A model generated the notes under the pieces. It worked only from the letters and a program-made list of their open reading frames with translations. It did no database searches and was not told where the DNA came from. From NCBI RefSeq assembly GCF_025345565.1, contig NZ_CP054475.1:1300448-1332447 (forward strand): a DNA stretch of 32,000 nt, read 5' to 3'. Source of the DNA: Thalassolituus hydrocarboniclasticus (lineage in GTDB: Bacteria > Pseudomonadota > Gammaproteobacteria > Pseudomonadales > Oceanobacteraceae). Each line of letters opens with the position of its first letter. The stretch's first letter is position 1. Positions 1 through 10,329 of the stretch are shown piece by piece. The translations under genes were made by a program, and so were the position numbers.

Positions 1-78
1 GAGCAGACGCCGGGGCAATACCGTAAGGAAAAGAAAAGCGCCGGAGCTTAAAAAGCACCCTCGCAGAAAGTCTCTTGC

Positions 79-441
79 CATCTGGCTCCCACGCTCATCT
101 GGCTCCCATGTTCTGCGTATCCCTTGCCGGTACTGTTGCATTTCCACACGGAGCGGAGCGTTCCCACGCGGAGCATTCCCACGCGGAGCATGGGAACGAG
201 AAGAACGAGAAGAAACAGAAAGTCTCTTTCCATCTGGCTCCCACGCTCTGCGTGGTAGCCCTTGCCTGTACACACTAAGCAGGGCATTCCCACGCGGAGC
301 GTGGGAACGAGAAGAGCAGAGCATGGGAACGAGAATATCCATCTGGCTCCCACGCTCTGCGTGGTAGCCCTTGTCTGTACACACTAAGCAGGGCATTCCC
401 ACGCGGAGCCTGGGAACGAGAAGAACGAGAAGAACGAGAAG
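79..441. repeat. Cluster of GC-rich palindromic direct repeats (catctggctcccacgctctgcgtggtagccc...ggcattcccacgcggagcgtgggaacgagaa)
   Basis: Copies of catctggctccca start at 79 (degenerate), 231 and 340. The last two share about 80 bp of near-identity with a 109-bp period. Contains the inverted repeat CCCACGC-gga-GCGTGGG. Confidence 0.85.
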
Positions 442-446
442 AAAAT

Positions 447-2510
447 TTAATCCGGCAAAACAATCGCAAACGAAGTTGCAGGTTTTTCAAACAGGCTGAA
501 AAAACGCACCAGATCAATCTTGCTGCCATCAATGTTCAGGTCATCGGAAAACAGCGTGTCTTTTAAGCCGACTTCACCAATCAGCATGCTGATAAACAGC
601 GGGTGAGTCAGGTTCAGGCTGGCGTTGATTTCACCTTCTTCCGGCGTGTCTTTGCTCAGCTGACGATGATGCAGTACCGCATTTTCAACCCATAGCAGAT
701 GGCTTTCATTCAGATCGGTGAAATTAATTTTAATGCGCCAGTTTTTATCGGCGGCATCTTCGGCTTTTAAGCGCACGGCCAGAGTATCGAAGAAGTTGGC
801 AACCGGCGTCTGCAGCAGCATATCTTTCATGGTGGCGATATTAATGCCGGTTTCCGGTGTGCCGGTACGTAATTCCAGTGCTGCTGTTAAATACACATCA
901 CGCCACGGGCCGGACTCAGCCTGATAACCCAGCTGATCATAATTACGTGCCAGCAGTTTACGTGCCGCACTATTATCCGGTTCGGCAAACACCAGATGAT
1001 TCAGCAGCTCGGCACTCCAGCGGTAATTACCGGCATCAAACGCACTCTGTGCTTTTTCCAGCAGGGCACCGGCGCCACCGGCGAGAGCAACATAACCGGC
1101 GGCACGTTGCGGATCGGGCAGCGGATCAAGGTGGGCCGGGTTGGCGTCGTACCAGCCTAAATAGCCCTGATAAACCGCACGTGCATTGTGTTTGACCGTG
1201 CCGTAATAACCCCGGCTGGAAAAGGCCTGAGCGAGGGAGTCGGGCAGGGCCAGATCTTCGGCAATTTCACCCGGTGTCATGCCCTGGTTCATACGGCGTA
1301 CGGTCTGGTCGTGAATAAATTTATAGGTATCGCGCTGTTGTTTCAGGAAGGTCTGAATACGTTCTTTGCCCCACATCGGCCAGTGGTGGCTGGCGAAATA
1401 AATATCGGCATCGGCAAACAGATTACGTGCTTCTTCAATATAAGCACTCCATTTCATGGCGTCGCGTACTTTGGCACCGCGCAGGGTGTAGAGGTTGTGC
1501 ATATTGCGCGAAACCACTTCACCACCGCAGAAGGCTTTATATTGTGGTAAATAAAAGGTGAACTCGGCCGGTGCTTCGGATTCCGGGGTGTACTGGAACT
1601 GAAACTGAACACCGTCAATGGTCAGCTCGGTTGGGGTTTTACTGACTAGCTGGTTGGGTTCAATAATGCTGAACTCACCAAACGCCGGGCCTTTACCCAG
1701 GCCGGAATCCACATGGCCGAATTCGTCCCGCGCCAGATTTTTACCGTACATATACACCGCACGGCGGCTCATGGCGGTACCGGCAATAATATTTTCGCTG
1801 GTGGCTTCTTCCATAAATCCGGCCGGTGCAATCACCGGAATATTCCGCTGCTCAATTTCCTGCTGGCTGATAATGCCGAGCACGCCGCCAAAATGGTCGA
1901 TATGGCTGTGGGTAAATAAAATGGCGCTGATATTCCGTGTGTCTGGGTAGCGCTCTGCCAGTTGCTGCATGGCGAAATTAAAGGCGGTGCGTGATGTTTC
2001 TTTAGCGGTGATCGGGTCGATCACAATCCAGCCGCTGTCGCCTTTAATCAGCGTCATGTTGGATAAATCAAAACCACGCAGCTGATAAATGCCCGGCGTG
2101 ACTTCAAATAAACCGTGAATATTATTCAGCTGTGCCTGACGCCACAGGCTGGGGTTGACGCTGTTGGGTGCATCACCCTGAACAAAACCGTAGGCCGGCA
2201 TATCCCAGACGTTTTTGGCCGGGTCGGCCAGCGAAGCAACCTGCAGGTTTTCCGGGCTGGCGATCAGGCCACGGCGGGCATCGTTAAAATCCTGCTGATC
2301 ATTCAGGTTCAGTTGCTCTGCCACCTGACGGTTTGCCGCAATGGTGGTGGCGGTAGCCGCGCGTTCGTCGCTGCTGACGCTGATCTGGTTATCGGACTGA
2401 CCGCAGGCGCTCAGTAACAGACCGGCGCTGAGCAGCAGCCCGGCATGCAGGCTTTGCTGACCACGGATTTTGCGCAAGCGCAAAGCAGGGAAAGGAAGTT
2501 TGATTGTCAT
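447..2510 (-). CDS. Alkyl/aryl-sulfatase, MBL-fold (SdsA/YjcS-like) lipoprotein
   Basis: Metallo-beta-lactamase motif THSHIDHFGG; C-terminal SCP2-like sulfatase domain; lipoprotein signal LLLSAGLLLSACG. Start placed at MTIKLPF (2510); the ORF is open to 2582. Confidence 0.85.
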   Translation of the reverse strand: MTIKLPFPALRLRKIRGQQSLHAGLLLSAGLLLSACGQSDNQISVSSDERAATATTIAANRQVAEQLNLNDQQDFNDARRGLIASPENLQVASLADPAKNVWDMPAYGFVQGDAPNSVNPSLWRQAQLNNIHGLFEVTPGIYQLRGFDLSNMTLIKGDSGWIVIDPITAKETSRTAFNFAMQQLAERYPDTRNISAILFTHSHIDHFGGVLGIISQQEIEQRNIPVIAPAGFMEEATSENIIAGTAMSRRAVYMYGKNLARDEFGHVDSGLGKGPAFGEFSIIEPNQLVSKTPTELTIDGVQFQFQYTPESEAPAEFTFYLPQYKAFCGGEVVSRNMHNLYTLRGAKVRDAMKWSAYIEEARNLFADADIYFASHHWPMWGKERIQTFLKQQRDTYKFIHDQTVRRMNQGMTPGEIAEDLALPDSLAQAFSSRGYYGTVKHNARAVYQGYLGWYDANPAHLDPLPDPQRAAGYVALAGGAGALLEKAQSAFDAGNYRWSAELLNHLVFAEPDNSAARKLLARNYDQLGYQAESGPWRDVYLTAALELRTGTPETGINIATMKDMLLQTPVANFFDTLAVRLKAEDAADKNWRIKINFTDLNESHLLWVENAVLHHRQLSKDTPEEGEINASLNLTHPLFISMLIGEVGLKDTLFSDDLNIDGSKIDLVRFFSLFEKPATSFAIVLPD

Positions 2511-2665
2511 TATAAGCTCCTGTGCTGATCTCTCAGTGTAGGAGCCTGACTGCGGCGTTGCCGGTTCGCACCGGTCAGTCACTTGTCTTTACTGACCACT
2601 CTTAAGTGGCCAGTCTGAAGTGAAGTGGCCAGTCTGCTGATACTGCCCGGTTTAATGCTGGCGGT

Positions 2666-3913
2666 TTAATGTTGAGTCGTTAACGACAAGCGGTAGGCCG
2701 ACAGTGCCGGTAACAGGCCGGCGAGTAAAGCCAGAGCAATGCTCAGCCCTGCATAAAGCCCACTGCCGTCGAGGTTCAGCAAAGGTTCAATCAGCAAGCC
2801 ATAGTGTTCGGCCAGCAGCGGTTGTGCCAGCCATTGCGTAGCCGCTGCGATGCTCAGGGCCAGCAGCCAGCTGAGCAGCGTCAGCAGTAATACCTCGGTT
2901 TCCAGCAGCACAAAGAGGTACAGCGGGCGGGCGCCAATAATACGCAGCAGGGCAATTTCCTGACGTCGTCCGGCCACGGTGACCTGCAGCATAGCCACCG
3001 AGCCGAGCAGGCTGGTGATTAACATCAGCAGGCTCAGTGCCTGCAGCAGTTGTTCGGCATTACCCAGCAATTGCCAGAATTCGCTCAGGGCAACGCCGGG
3101 AATGACCGCGGTTAGCGGTTCCTGATGGGGCTGGTTTAAAACGTTCTGCAGCTGAAATAACAGCGGCCGTGAGGTCAGCCCAACAAAGAGGGCGGAGATG
3201 GCATCAGCCTCAGGCAGATCCTGCCAGCCGGCCGTTGTTAGACGCAGAGCCTGTTGCGGATCGTGCAGCGCTTCCAGCGTTTGCAGATGCACATGCAGCG
3301 AGCGGTCAACCGGCGTGCCGGTTGGCTGCAGGATACCGGCAACCACAAAATCCACCTCTTTGTGTTGCATAAAACTGTGGCCATGGCTGCCGTGGCTGAG
3401 GTGCAGATGATCGCCCACGGTATAGCCACGCTCGCGTGCCACGGTGGCACCAATAAATACCTGCAGCGGTGCGGCAAAGTGTGGTTGCTGCAGATTGATC
3501 GCCGGCAGGGCGCTGCTTAATTGCAGCGCCTGCTGGCGGCCGTAACGGAAATGGCGGAAGTAATCATCGTTGGTGCCGATCACCGCATAGCCCTGATGGG
3601 AGTCGCCGAGCACGATGGGAAAGGCCCAGGCGGTTTGCGGCCGTTGTTCGATTTCATGCCAGCGCTCTGCCGACATCGCCTGAGTTGGCGTGCCCATGCG
3701 GAATACTGAATACAGTAACACCTGCAGTGGATGGCTGCGGGCGGCCACAATCAGGTCGGTGCCGCTGATGCTGTTGCTGAAGCTGCTGCGTAACTCGCTG
3801 CTTAAGCTGCGGGTCAGTAACAGGGTGGCGAGGCTCAGGCTCATCGCCAGCACAATCAGCGCCACCGCCAGTTTACGCTGCAGCAGACTTTTAACGGCCA
3901 GACGCATCAGCAT
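2666..3913 (-). CDS. ABC transporter permease, FtsX/MacB-like
   Basis: N-terminal TM plus periplasmic domain and three C-terminal TM segments typical of FtsX-like permeases. Overlaps the upstream ATPase gene by 7 bp. Confidence 0.8.
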   Translation of the reverse strand: MLMRLAVKSLLQRKLAVALIVLAMSLSLATLLLTRSLSSELRSSFSNSISGTDLIVAARSHPLQVLLYSVFRMGTPTQAMSAERWHEIEQRPQTAWAFPIVLGDSHQGYAVIGTNDDYFRHFRYGRQQALQLSSALPAINLQQPHFAAPLQVFIGATVARERGYTVGDHLHLSHGSHGHSFMQHKEVDFVVAGILQPTGTPVDRSLHVHLQTLEALHDPQQALRLTTAGWQDLPEADAISALFVGLTSRPLLFQLQNVLNQPHQEPLTAVIPGVALSEFWQLLGNAEQLLQALSLLMLITSLLGSVAMLQVTVAGRRQEIALLRIIGARPLYLFVLLETEVLLLTLLSWLLALSIAAATQWLAQPLLAEHYGLLIEPLLNLDGSGLYAGLSIALALLAGLLPALSAYRLSLTTQH

Positions 3914-4659
3914 GGCAGTGGCTCCTTATCTGATTCCGGAGTGGCGCGCTGACCGGGCTTGCAGCTGGCGATATCCAGCACCCGGTCAAAATGCGGCTGC
4001 AGGCTGAGGTCGTGGCTGACCAGTAACAGGCTGGCACCGCTGGCGGAACACTCCTGCAGCAGCAGGCGCATAAAGGCATTTTTGTTGTCGTTATCCAGTG
4101 CCGAGGTCGGCTCGTCGGCGATGATCAGCGCCGGACGGTGTACCAGTGCGCGGGCAATAGCAGCGCGCTGTTGCTGGCCAACGCTCAGCCGCGCCACGGT
4201 CTGGTTAGCCTGTTTGCTCAGATTCAGTTGTTGCAGCAGATACCCCTGCCAGTGGCGGTCGTTGTGCTGCCCGGCAAAGTTCTGCATCAGCTGCAGATTT
4301 TCGCTCACCGTCAGATAGGGCAGCAGGTTAAAGGTCTGGCTGATCACTCCGGTTTTGCTGGCACGCAGGTGGTCGCGCTGACGCGCGCTCAGTTGCCACA
4401 GCGATTTACCGGCCAGCCAAATCTCGCCGGTACTGGGCTGACAGAGCCCGGCAATAATATTCAGCAGGGTCGATTTACCGCTGCCCGACGGGCCATGCAG
4501 AAAACAGCGCTCGCCGGCCTGTAATTGAAAATGGCGGATATCCAGCAGGGTTTCTGCCTGTCCGGATTGGGCATCCGGCCAGGCGTGCAGCAGATGGCGG
4601 ATTTCCAGCACCGGCTGTACGGCGACAGGTTGATCTGCGGAAAGATCGGCTGTGATCAT
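3907..4659 (-). CDS. ABC transporter ATP-binding protein, LolD/MacB-like
   Basis: Walker A GPSGSGKST, signature LSVGQQQR, Walker B ALIIADEPTSALD, followed by an SHD switch. Confidence 0.9.
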   Translation of the reverse strand: MITADLSADQPVAVQPVLEIRHLLHAWPDAQSGQAETLLDIRHFQLQAGERCFLHGPSGSGKSTLLNIIAGLCQPSTGEIWLAGKSLWQLSARQRDHLRASKTGVISQTFNLLPYLTVSENLQLMQNFAGQHNDRHWQGYLLQQLNLSKQANQTVARLSVGQQQRAAIARALVHRPALIIADEPTSALDNDNKNAFMRLLLQECSASGASLLLVSHDLSLQPHFDRVLDIASCKPGQRATPESDKEPLPC

Positions 4660-4664
4660 GTTGA

Positions 4665-6791
4665 TCAGAAGCTCCAGTTCAGCCCTAACTGCACATTGCG
4701 CCCGGCAAGCGGGGCCGCATGTTTCAGGTAGGACACATGGTTAACGGCGTATTGGTCGGTCAGGTTACTGGCGGCGAGGCGCCAGAGCAATTCGCTGTGC
4801 GCGAACAATTGGCGGTAACTGAGGCTGGCGTTCAGCAGCGTATAGCCGTCGCTGGGGTCTTCGTTGGCGGCGGTGCGCTTCTGGCTGGCTGTTGCCTGTC
4901 CTTCCAGGCGCATCAGCAGATGCCCGCTTTCCCGGTTGATGGCAAACAGGGCACTGGCCGGTGGCGTTCGTGGCAGATGATCACCGTTACGCAGACGCGC
5001 CTGAACCACATCGGCATTGATATCCAGATGCCAGAGTTCGTCAATGTTGTGCTGCCAGCTGAACTCCGCACCGAGAAAACGGGCATCGTCCTGCTCATGG
5101 CGATACACATGATTATCGTGGAAGGGATCGGTGAAATCTTTCAGCTCGTTGTAGATGTAATCCTGAAAACGGTAGTGGAACAGGGCGATTTTTACGCGGT
5201 CATGTTCGCTTTCACGCAGCCAGTTAATATCCACTGTCCAGGCGGTTTCCACGCTCAGGTCGGGATTATCGAGCTGGAATGAGAAGGTCGCATGGTGATC
5301 ACCATTCCAGAACAGCTCGGCGGCATCCGGTGCGCGTTGTACCCGTGCCAGATTCAGTCCCAGACGCTGTTGCTCATCCAGCACCCAGGTGCCGGCTGCC
5401 GACAAGGTCGCCGGATTGAAATTTTTGTCGTTGTAGTAGCTGCGTTGCTGGCGATAGTTGGGGTCAATCGGGTCCGGGTCTGAGCTGATACTGACAGAAT
5501 CAAGGCGTGCGCCAAGTTCCAGCGTGCCCTGTGCCCAATCGCGTTGCTCAACCAGAAACACACCGGTTTGCGTGGTTTCGTTCAGGGGCATTGGCGTTGA
5601 GTGGGAATGCAGAAAGCCGCCAAGTTCACGGTTTAACAGGTTGAATCCGGTTTCTCCGTCCCAGGCGGTTGCCGCAAACGAAGGGATGCCGCTGCAGCCG
5701 CTGTGATTATGGCATAAGGCCAGTTTCTGATATTTCATCTGCAGGCCAAAGGTTCCCTGCCATTGGCCGAATGCCGCATGGCGCATACGGCTTTGCAGCT
5801 CCCAGCTTTCCTGATCAAACAGGCCGATATCCACCGTGGCGGCACCGGGAATATCATTTCTGGCCCCGGTTTCTGCGTGTTCATAATCGTTGAATGACAG
5901 CTCGGTGCGCCATTCATCCAGCCAGCTGAAAGCGCTGGATGGGTCAGGACGCCAGGCACCTTTCAGGTCATAACGGACTTGCGTGGGCTTAACCCGGAAA
6001 GGCTCGCCATCGGTATTGGGCACGCCGTAGTCATATTCCAGAGTGCTGATGCTGCCACCGATAAAGCCCCGTTGACCGTCCGCCCAGCTCAGGGCAACAG
6101 CACCACCTGAGCCTTCGCTGTCGCTGTTGGCAATGCGGCCACTGTTGTTGGCGGCTGGAATGTCGCCGCGCTCGCCGCTGTGGTAATCAGCGGCACTGCG
6201 CTGAAAACCGTCGAGGTGCAGTGTCCAGTTGCCACGGCTTGTATCCATTAAGCCATCGGTGCTGTAACCGCTGTCGTTGCTGCTGCCTTTAATATTCAGC
6301 CCGCCACTCAGGGCTGAGCCTGGTTGTTCATGGATGCGGCGGTCAATCAGGTTAACCACGCCGCCAATGGCACCACCACCGTACATCAGGGTGGCCGGAC
6401 CGTAGATCACTTCAATCTGTTCTGCGGAGCTGGCTTCTGCCATCGGCGAGTGGTCGGAGCTCATGGCGGATAAGTCGGCGCTGTCACTGCCATTCTGCAA
6501 AATTTTTACCCGGCTGCCGCTCATACCGCGAATAACCGGCCTGCCAACGCCGGGCCCAAAGGAGGCGTTGGCAATACCTGGTGTGCTGTCGAGTAATGTA
6601 CCGAGAGTGTCACCCGGGTTGCCGTTGATCGCGTCTTTATCAAGAACGGTCGCAGGCTGGGCAACATCGTAGATTGAATTCTGTCCGGCACTGCTGACAA
6701 CAACGGTATCAAGTTCGGCGGAATGAGCGAGTACCTCAACGGACAGGCAAGCGGAGGTAAGACTTGTAATAACGGGAAACAGACGAGGCAT
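4665..6791 (-). CDS. TonB-dependent receptor, probable zinc/metal receptor (ZnuD-like)
   Basis: Plug domain (LDSTPGIANASFGPGVGRPVIRGMSGSRVKILQNG), beta-barrel with terminal aromatic residue (NWSF), His-rich loops, zinc-locus context. Start placed at MPRLFPV (6791); the ORF is open to 6863. Confidence 0.85.
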   Translation of the reverse strand: MPRLFPVITSLTSACLSVEVLAHSAELDTVVVSSAGQNSIYDVAQPATVLDKDAINGNPGDTLGTLLDSTPGIANASFGPGVGRPVIRGMSGSRVKILQNGSDSADLSAMSSDHSPMAEASSAEQIEVIYGPATLMYGGGAIGGVVNLIDRRIHEQPGSALSGGLNIKGSSNDSGYSTDGLMDTSRGNWTLHLDGFQRSAADYHSGERGDIPAANNSGRIANSDSEGSGGAVALSWADGQRGFIGGSISTLEYDYGVPNTDGEPFRVKPTQVRYDLKGAWRPDPSSAFSWLDEWRTELSFNDYEHAETGARNDIPGAATVDIGLFDQESWELQSRMRHAAFGQWQGTFGLQMKYQKLALCHNHSGCSGIPSFAATAWDGETGFNLLNRELGGFLHSHSTPMPLNETTQTGVFLVEQRDWAQGTLELGARLDSVSISSDPDPIDPNYRQQRSYYNDKNFNPATLSAAGTWVLDEQQRLGLNLARVQRAPDAAELFWNGDHHATFSFQLDNPDLSVETAWTVDINWLRESEHDRVKIALFHYRFQDYIYNELKDFTDPFHDNHVYRHEQDDARFLGAEFSWQHNIDELWHLDINADVVQARLRNGDHLPRTPPASALFAINRESGHLLMRLEGQATASQKRTAANEDPSDGYTLLNASLSYRQLFAHSELLWRLAASNLTDQYAVNHVSYLKHAAPLAGRNVQLGLNWSF

Positions 6792-6863
6792 AAAAAAGAA
6801 CCTGAAGCGTAAGGGCCAGCAGATGCTGGCCCGGGTTATCTGAGCAGGGGTTACGCAGAGCAA

Positions 6864-8321
6864 TTAATGATCGTGATCATCATCCGCGTGCTCTTCCTCT
6901 GCTGCATGAGCGAATACAGCGCTGAAGGCATTGTTCAGGTTGCTGTTGGCAGTCGTTGAGTGCAGGTGATAATCGTCTTCAGCACTATGGGCATCGACTT
7001 CGTACAACGTGCTTGTTGCACTGTTTACAACCAGAAACTCATAAGCACCGGCCAGCAGCTGAGCATTCGCTGTGCTCCAGATGGCTGCAGCGGCTCCCAG
7101 TTGCTCCCGTGCAGTTTCTCCGCTGGCTACCGGGTTGCTGCTTTCATTCACATCAAAGCGGCTCACGGCCAGTTTGCCGCTGTTACTCAGAAGAGCGATG
7201 GCATCGTCTTCGGTTGTTGTTGTCACCGCGATAATGTCACCGAAGTTTTCACCGGTAATGGAGACTAAATCGCCACGGTGCGGATGGTCGCTGTGGGCAT
7301 TAACCAGCCACAGCTGATCGGCCGACCAGGCCGCAATAACACTGTGTTCATGGTTCGTTTTGGTTAAACCGGTAATGTTTTCGATAAAGCCGGTGCTGCC
7401 TGTTGTGACTTCACCGATGGCACCTTCACGGCGTGGGGCGGCTTCAGGGTAGCGCTGGGTGACGTGGAGGGTTTCACCGGCGCCTGCCGGATGGCCGTCA
7501 ACGGTTACATAGCCGCTGATCAGCCAGCGCAAGGTGCCATCACCGCATAAAATAAGCGTGAAGTTATCAGTCTGAGCGGTTTGTTCTACGCCATCGGCGC
7601 AGGTCATGGATTCTGCAAAGTAGCCATCGGTATTCGGGCGTACCCAAATCAGACCATCGCTACCGGTTGTGCCGTCAGCATTAACCACAGTGATGTCGGT
7701 ATTGGTTGGGGTTACCGCGTTAGGCGTAAAGGTCATGAACTGACCGCCCTGTAAAGCCAGAGCCGGATAGACCAGGTTATTGGGTAGGGTCAGTCCGCTA
7801 ACTGCTTCGCCATCGGCGGCTTCCAGCAACAGGCCGCTGCCATCATTTTTCAGCACAGAGAAGTGGTCTGTTGTGGCGACTACCTGAGCAACATCGGTAA
7901 TGGGGGCTGCGGTTAATGTTGCAACAGCATGAGCGTGAGCATCTTCACCGTGCATATGCTCCAGACCCGAGCTGACAATGCTCAGATCACTGCCATTCAG
8001 CATGGCGAGGGTGACACCATCGTTAGACAGAACCAGCTGAGCATCGGCACCTGTGGCTACGGTGGTGGAGGTGAACTGCTCGCTTGTAACCGTCTGATCA
8101 AACATTTTCAGGGTGTCAGCAGAGCCGGACAGTGAGTAAATCAAACGACCACCTTCGGCGTGAACATGGTCATGATCGTGATCATCATCGCCATCATTTG
8201 AAGATGATCCGCCGCAGGCGCTCAGGGTCAGGGCCAGCAAGGTGGTTAACGCGGTGGTCGTTACCGGTTTAAGCAAATGGCGGTGACGGAAGCGTACCTG
8301 GGGTTGTGCTCGTAGGTTCAT
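6864..8321 (-). CDS. Histidine-rich periplasmic lipoprotein, probable metal-binding protein (possible beta-propeller)
   Basis: Lipobox LTLSACGG, then DDDHDHDHVHAEGG, internal HMHGEDAHAHA and C-terminal HAEEEHADDDHDH. Start placed at MNLRAQP (8321). Confidence 0.7.
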   Translation of the reverse strand: MNLRAQPQVRFRHRHLLKPVTTTALTTLLALTLSACGGSSSNDGDDDHDHDHVHAEGGRLIYSLSGSADTLKMFDQTVTSEQFTSTTVATGADAQLVLSNDGVTLAMLNGSDLSIVSSGLEHMHGEDAHAHAVATLTAAPITDVAQVVATTDHFSVLKNDGSGLLLEAADGEAVSGLTLPNNLVYPALALQGGQFMTFTPNAVTPTNTDITVVNADGTTGSDGLIWVRPNTDGYFAESMTCADGVEQTAQTDNFTLILCGDGTLRWLISGYVTVDGHPAGAGETLHVTQRYPEAAPRREGAIGEVTTGSTGFIENITGLTKTNHEHSVIAAWSADQLWLVNAHSDHPHRGDLVSITGENFGDIIAVTTTTEDDAIALLSNSGKLAVSRFDVNESSNPVASGETAREQLGAAAAIWSTANAQLLAGAYEFLVVNSATSTLYEVDAHSAEDDYHLHSTTANSNLNNAFSAVFAHAAEEEHADDDHDH

Positions 8322-8407
8322 GCTGAATTCCTTATAGTCTGCGTCTTGTGTCAGTAACGTTGGCGCTGCCGGGCTTGGCAAGGTGCGGCGCGCCAAAGAA
8401 ATGATAT

Positions 8408-8420
8408 GTTATATTATAAC
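8408..8420. promoter_or_regulatory. Zur-like operator GTTATATTATAAC in a divergent intergenic region
   Basis: Near-perfect 13-bp palindrome matching the core of the classical Zur box GTTATAWTATAAC, between genes starting at 8321(-) and 8443(+). Confidence 0.75.
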
Positions 8421-8442
8421 TTTTAGAATAGGAAACCCTGAG

Positions 8443-9036
8443 ATGGCTGTTTTTCGTTTTCTGTTGTCGGGTGGCTGCTTGCTGGCGCTTAGCTGTGTGG
8501 GTATCACACCGGCTGTGCTGGCCGCAGACCCGGTCTACCGCGAAATTGAATTTGCCGATTTGCTGCCGGATGAGGATTTCAAAGCGCTGTCGAATCCACC
8601 GGCCGAGCTGGCGGCGATTGCCGATGGTTCAGAAGAAGATCAGATTGATGCGGCGCTGGGGCAGGGCGAAGTGGGGAAAAACCCGGATCAGCCGCAGACT
8701 GACTGGCACCGGGCGTTGCAATCAACCAATATCCGCGCTGAATTTAACGGCCAGAAAGTCCGTATTCCGGGCTACATAGTGCCGCTGGAGTTTGATGACC
8801 AGCAGGTAGTTACCGAGTTCTTTCTGGTGCCTTACTACGGCGCCTGTATTCATCTGCCGCCGCCGCCACCGAATCAGCTGATTCTGGGCAAAAGCAGCGA
8901 TGGGGTAATGCTGGAAACCATCTACGATCCGTTCTGGATTGAAGGGACGCTGCTGACGGAAGTGAATAAAAATGACGTGGCGACTTCGGCCTACCGCATG
9001 ACGGTTGATCAGATTATTCCGTATAAAATGCAGTAA
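8443..9036 (+). CDS. DUF3299-family exported protein
   Basis: Signal peptide, then ...EIEFADLLPDEDFKAL...VRIPGYIVPLEFDDQQVVTEFFLVPYYGACIHLPPPPPNQ. Start placed at MAVFRFL (8443). Confidence 0.8.
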   Translation: MAVFRFLLSGGCLLALSCVGITPAVLAADPVYREIEFADLLPDEDFKALSNPPAELAAIADGSEEDQIDAALGQGEVGKNPDQPQTDWHRALQSTNIRAEFNGQKVRIPGYIVPLEFDDQQVVTEFFLVPYYGACIHLPPPPPNQLILGKSSDGVMLETIYDPFWIEGTLLTEVNKNDVATSAYRMTVDQIIPYKMQ

Positions 9037-9058
9037 GCCTGAGCCGTCGTAAGCGGGG

Positions 9059-10297
9059 TTACTCCCAGACCGGGAATGGGTCGGGCAGTTGTTGCCAGAG
9101 CTCTTGCCCGGCCAGCAGTTCGTCGTCGTTCAGCAGGCAGGCGTCCAGCTGCTGGTGGACGTCCTGTTGGTTGAGGCCCTGACCAATAAACACCAGCTCC
9201 TGGCGCATATCACCAAAAGGCTCCACCCATTTTTCGCGGATATAGGCGAGGGATTCTTCATCCTGTGGCCAGCGCTCATCGGGTACGGCTTTCCAGAACA
9301 TGCCGGCAAAACCATGGTGGGCAATTCCGCCAGCCTGACTCCATTGACCGGCAAATTGCGGGCGGCTGGCCAGCCAGAAATAGCCTTTGGAGCGCAGCAG
9401 CTTGCCGTCTGGCCAGTTCTGATGCAGAAAATCCCAGAATTTTTGCGGATGAAAGGGTTTGCGCGCACGGTACACAAAACTGCCGATACCGTATTCCTCG
9501 GTTTCCGGATGATGCTCGCCGCGTAATTCCTGCAGCCAGCCCGGTGCCTGAGCGGCCTGATCAAAATCAAAACTGCCGGTGCTCAGTACTTTATCCAGCG
9601 GCGCATTGCCTTTAACCATCGGGATCTGTTCAGCGCGTGGATTCAGGCTGTGCAGAATGGCCTGCAGGCGCTGCAGCTGCTCCGCGCTGACCAGATCGGT
9701 TTTGCTGATCAACAGCTTGTCGCAGAATTCAATCTGATCAATCAGCAGGTCGCTGACACTGCGCTGGTCGTCCTCACCCAAGGATTCACCGCTTTCCTGC
9801 AAGGAACGGGCAGCGTCAAAATCCTGCAGAAAATTCACCGCATCCACCACCGTGACCATCGTATCCAGACGGGCAATATCCGACAGGCTGACGCCATCTT
9901 CATCGGCGAAGGTAAAGGTTTCAGCCACCGGCAGCGGCTCGGCGATGCCGGTGGATTCAATCACCAGATAATCAAAGCGCCCGGCTTCCGCCAGTTGGCG
10001 TACCTCAATTAACAGGTCTTCGCGCAGGGTGCAGCAAATGCAGCCGTTGCTCATTTCCACCAGTTTTTCTTCACCGCGCTTCAGCTCAACTTCGTCTTTT
10101 ACGAAGGCAGCATCGATATTCACCTCGCTCATATCATTCACAATCACCGCCACCCGACGGTTATCGCGGTTATGCAGAATATGATTGAGCAGGGTGGTTT
10201 TACCGGCACCGAGAAAGCCAGACAGCACGGTAACCGGCAGGCGGGTATCGGCCATCGCCGGAGTTGCCCTTTCAGGGCTGCTTGCAGGAGCGTTCAT
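9059..10297 (-). CDS. zigA: G3E-family (COG0523) GTPase, zinc metallochaperone type
   Basis: P-loop [18 protein letters not shown]; metal motif [12 protein letters not shown]; CobW C-terminal domain; Zur-like box just upstream. The symbol is by similarity to ZigA and is tentative. Confidence 0.85.
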   Translation of the reverse strand: MNAPASSPERATPAMADTRLPVTVLSGFLGAGKTTLLNHILHNRDNRRVAVIVNDMSEVNIDAAFVKDEVELKRGEEKLVEMSNGCICCTLREDLLIEVRQLAEAGRFDYLVIESTGIAEPLPVAETFTFADEDGVSLSDIARLDTMVTVVDAVNFLQDFDAARSLQESGESLGEDDQRSVSDLLIDQIEFCDKLLISKTDLVSAEQLQRLQAILHSLNPRAEQIPMVKGNAPLDKVLSTGSFDFDQAAQAPGWLQELRGEHHPETEEYGIGSFVYRARKPFHPQKFWDFLHQNWPDGKLLRSKGYFWLASRPQFAGQWSQAGGIAHHGFAGMFWKAVPDERWPQDEESLAYIREKWVEPFGDMRQELVFIGQGLNQQDVHQQLDACLLNDDELLAGQELWQQLPDPFPVWE

Positions 10298-10329
10298 AAA
10301 ATCCTCTCGTGGCTGGTTTGTATTGAATT

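Noticed and set aside
75-532. Short ORFs 48-353, 75-278 and 275-532
   Set aside because: Translations of the repeat cluster (repeating MLRVGM.../HAEHSHAEH); no coding signal.
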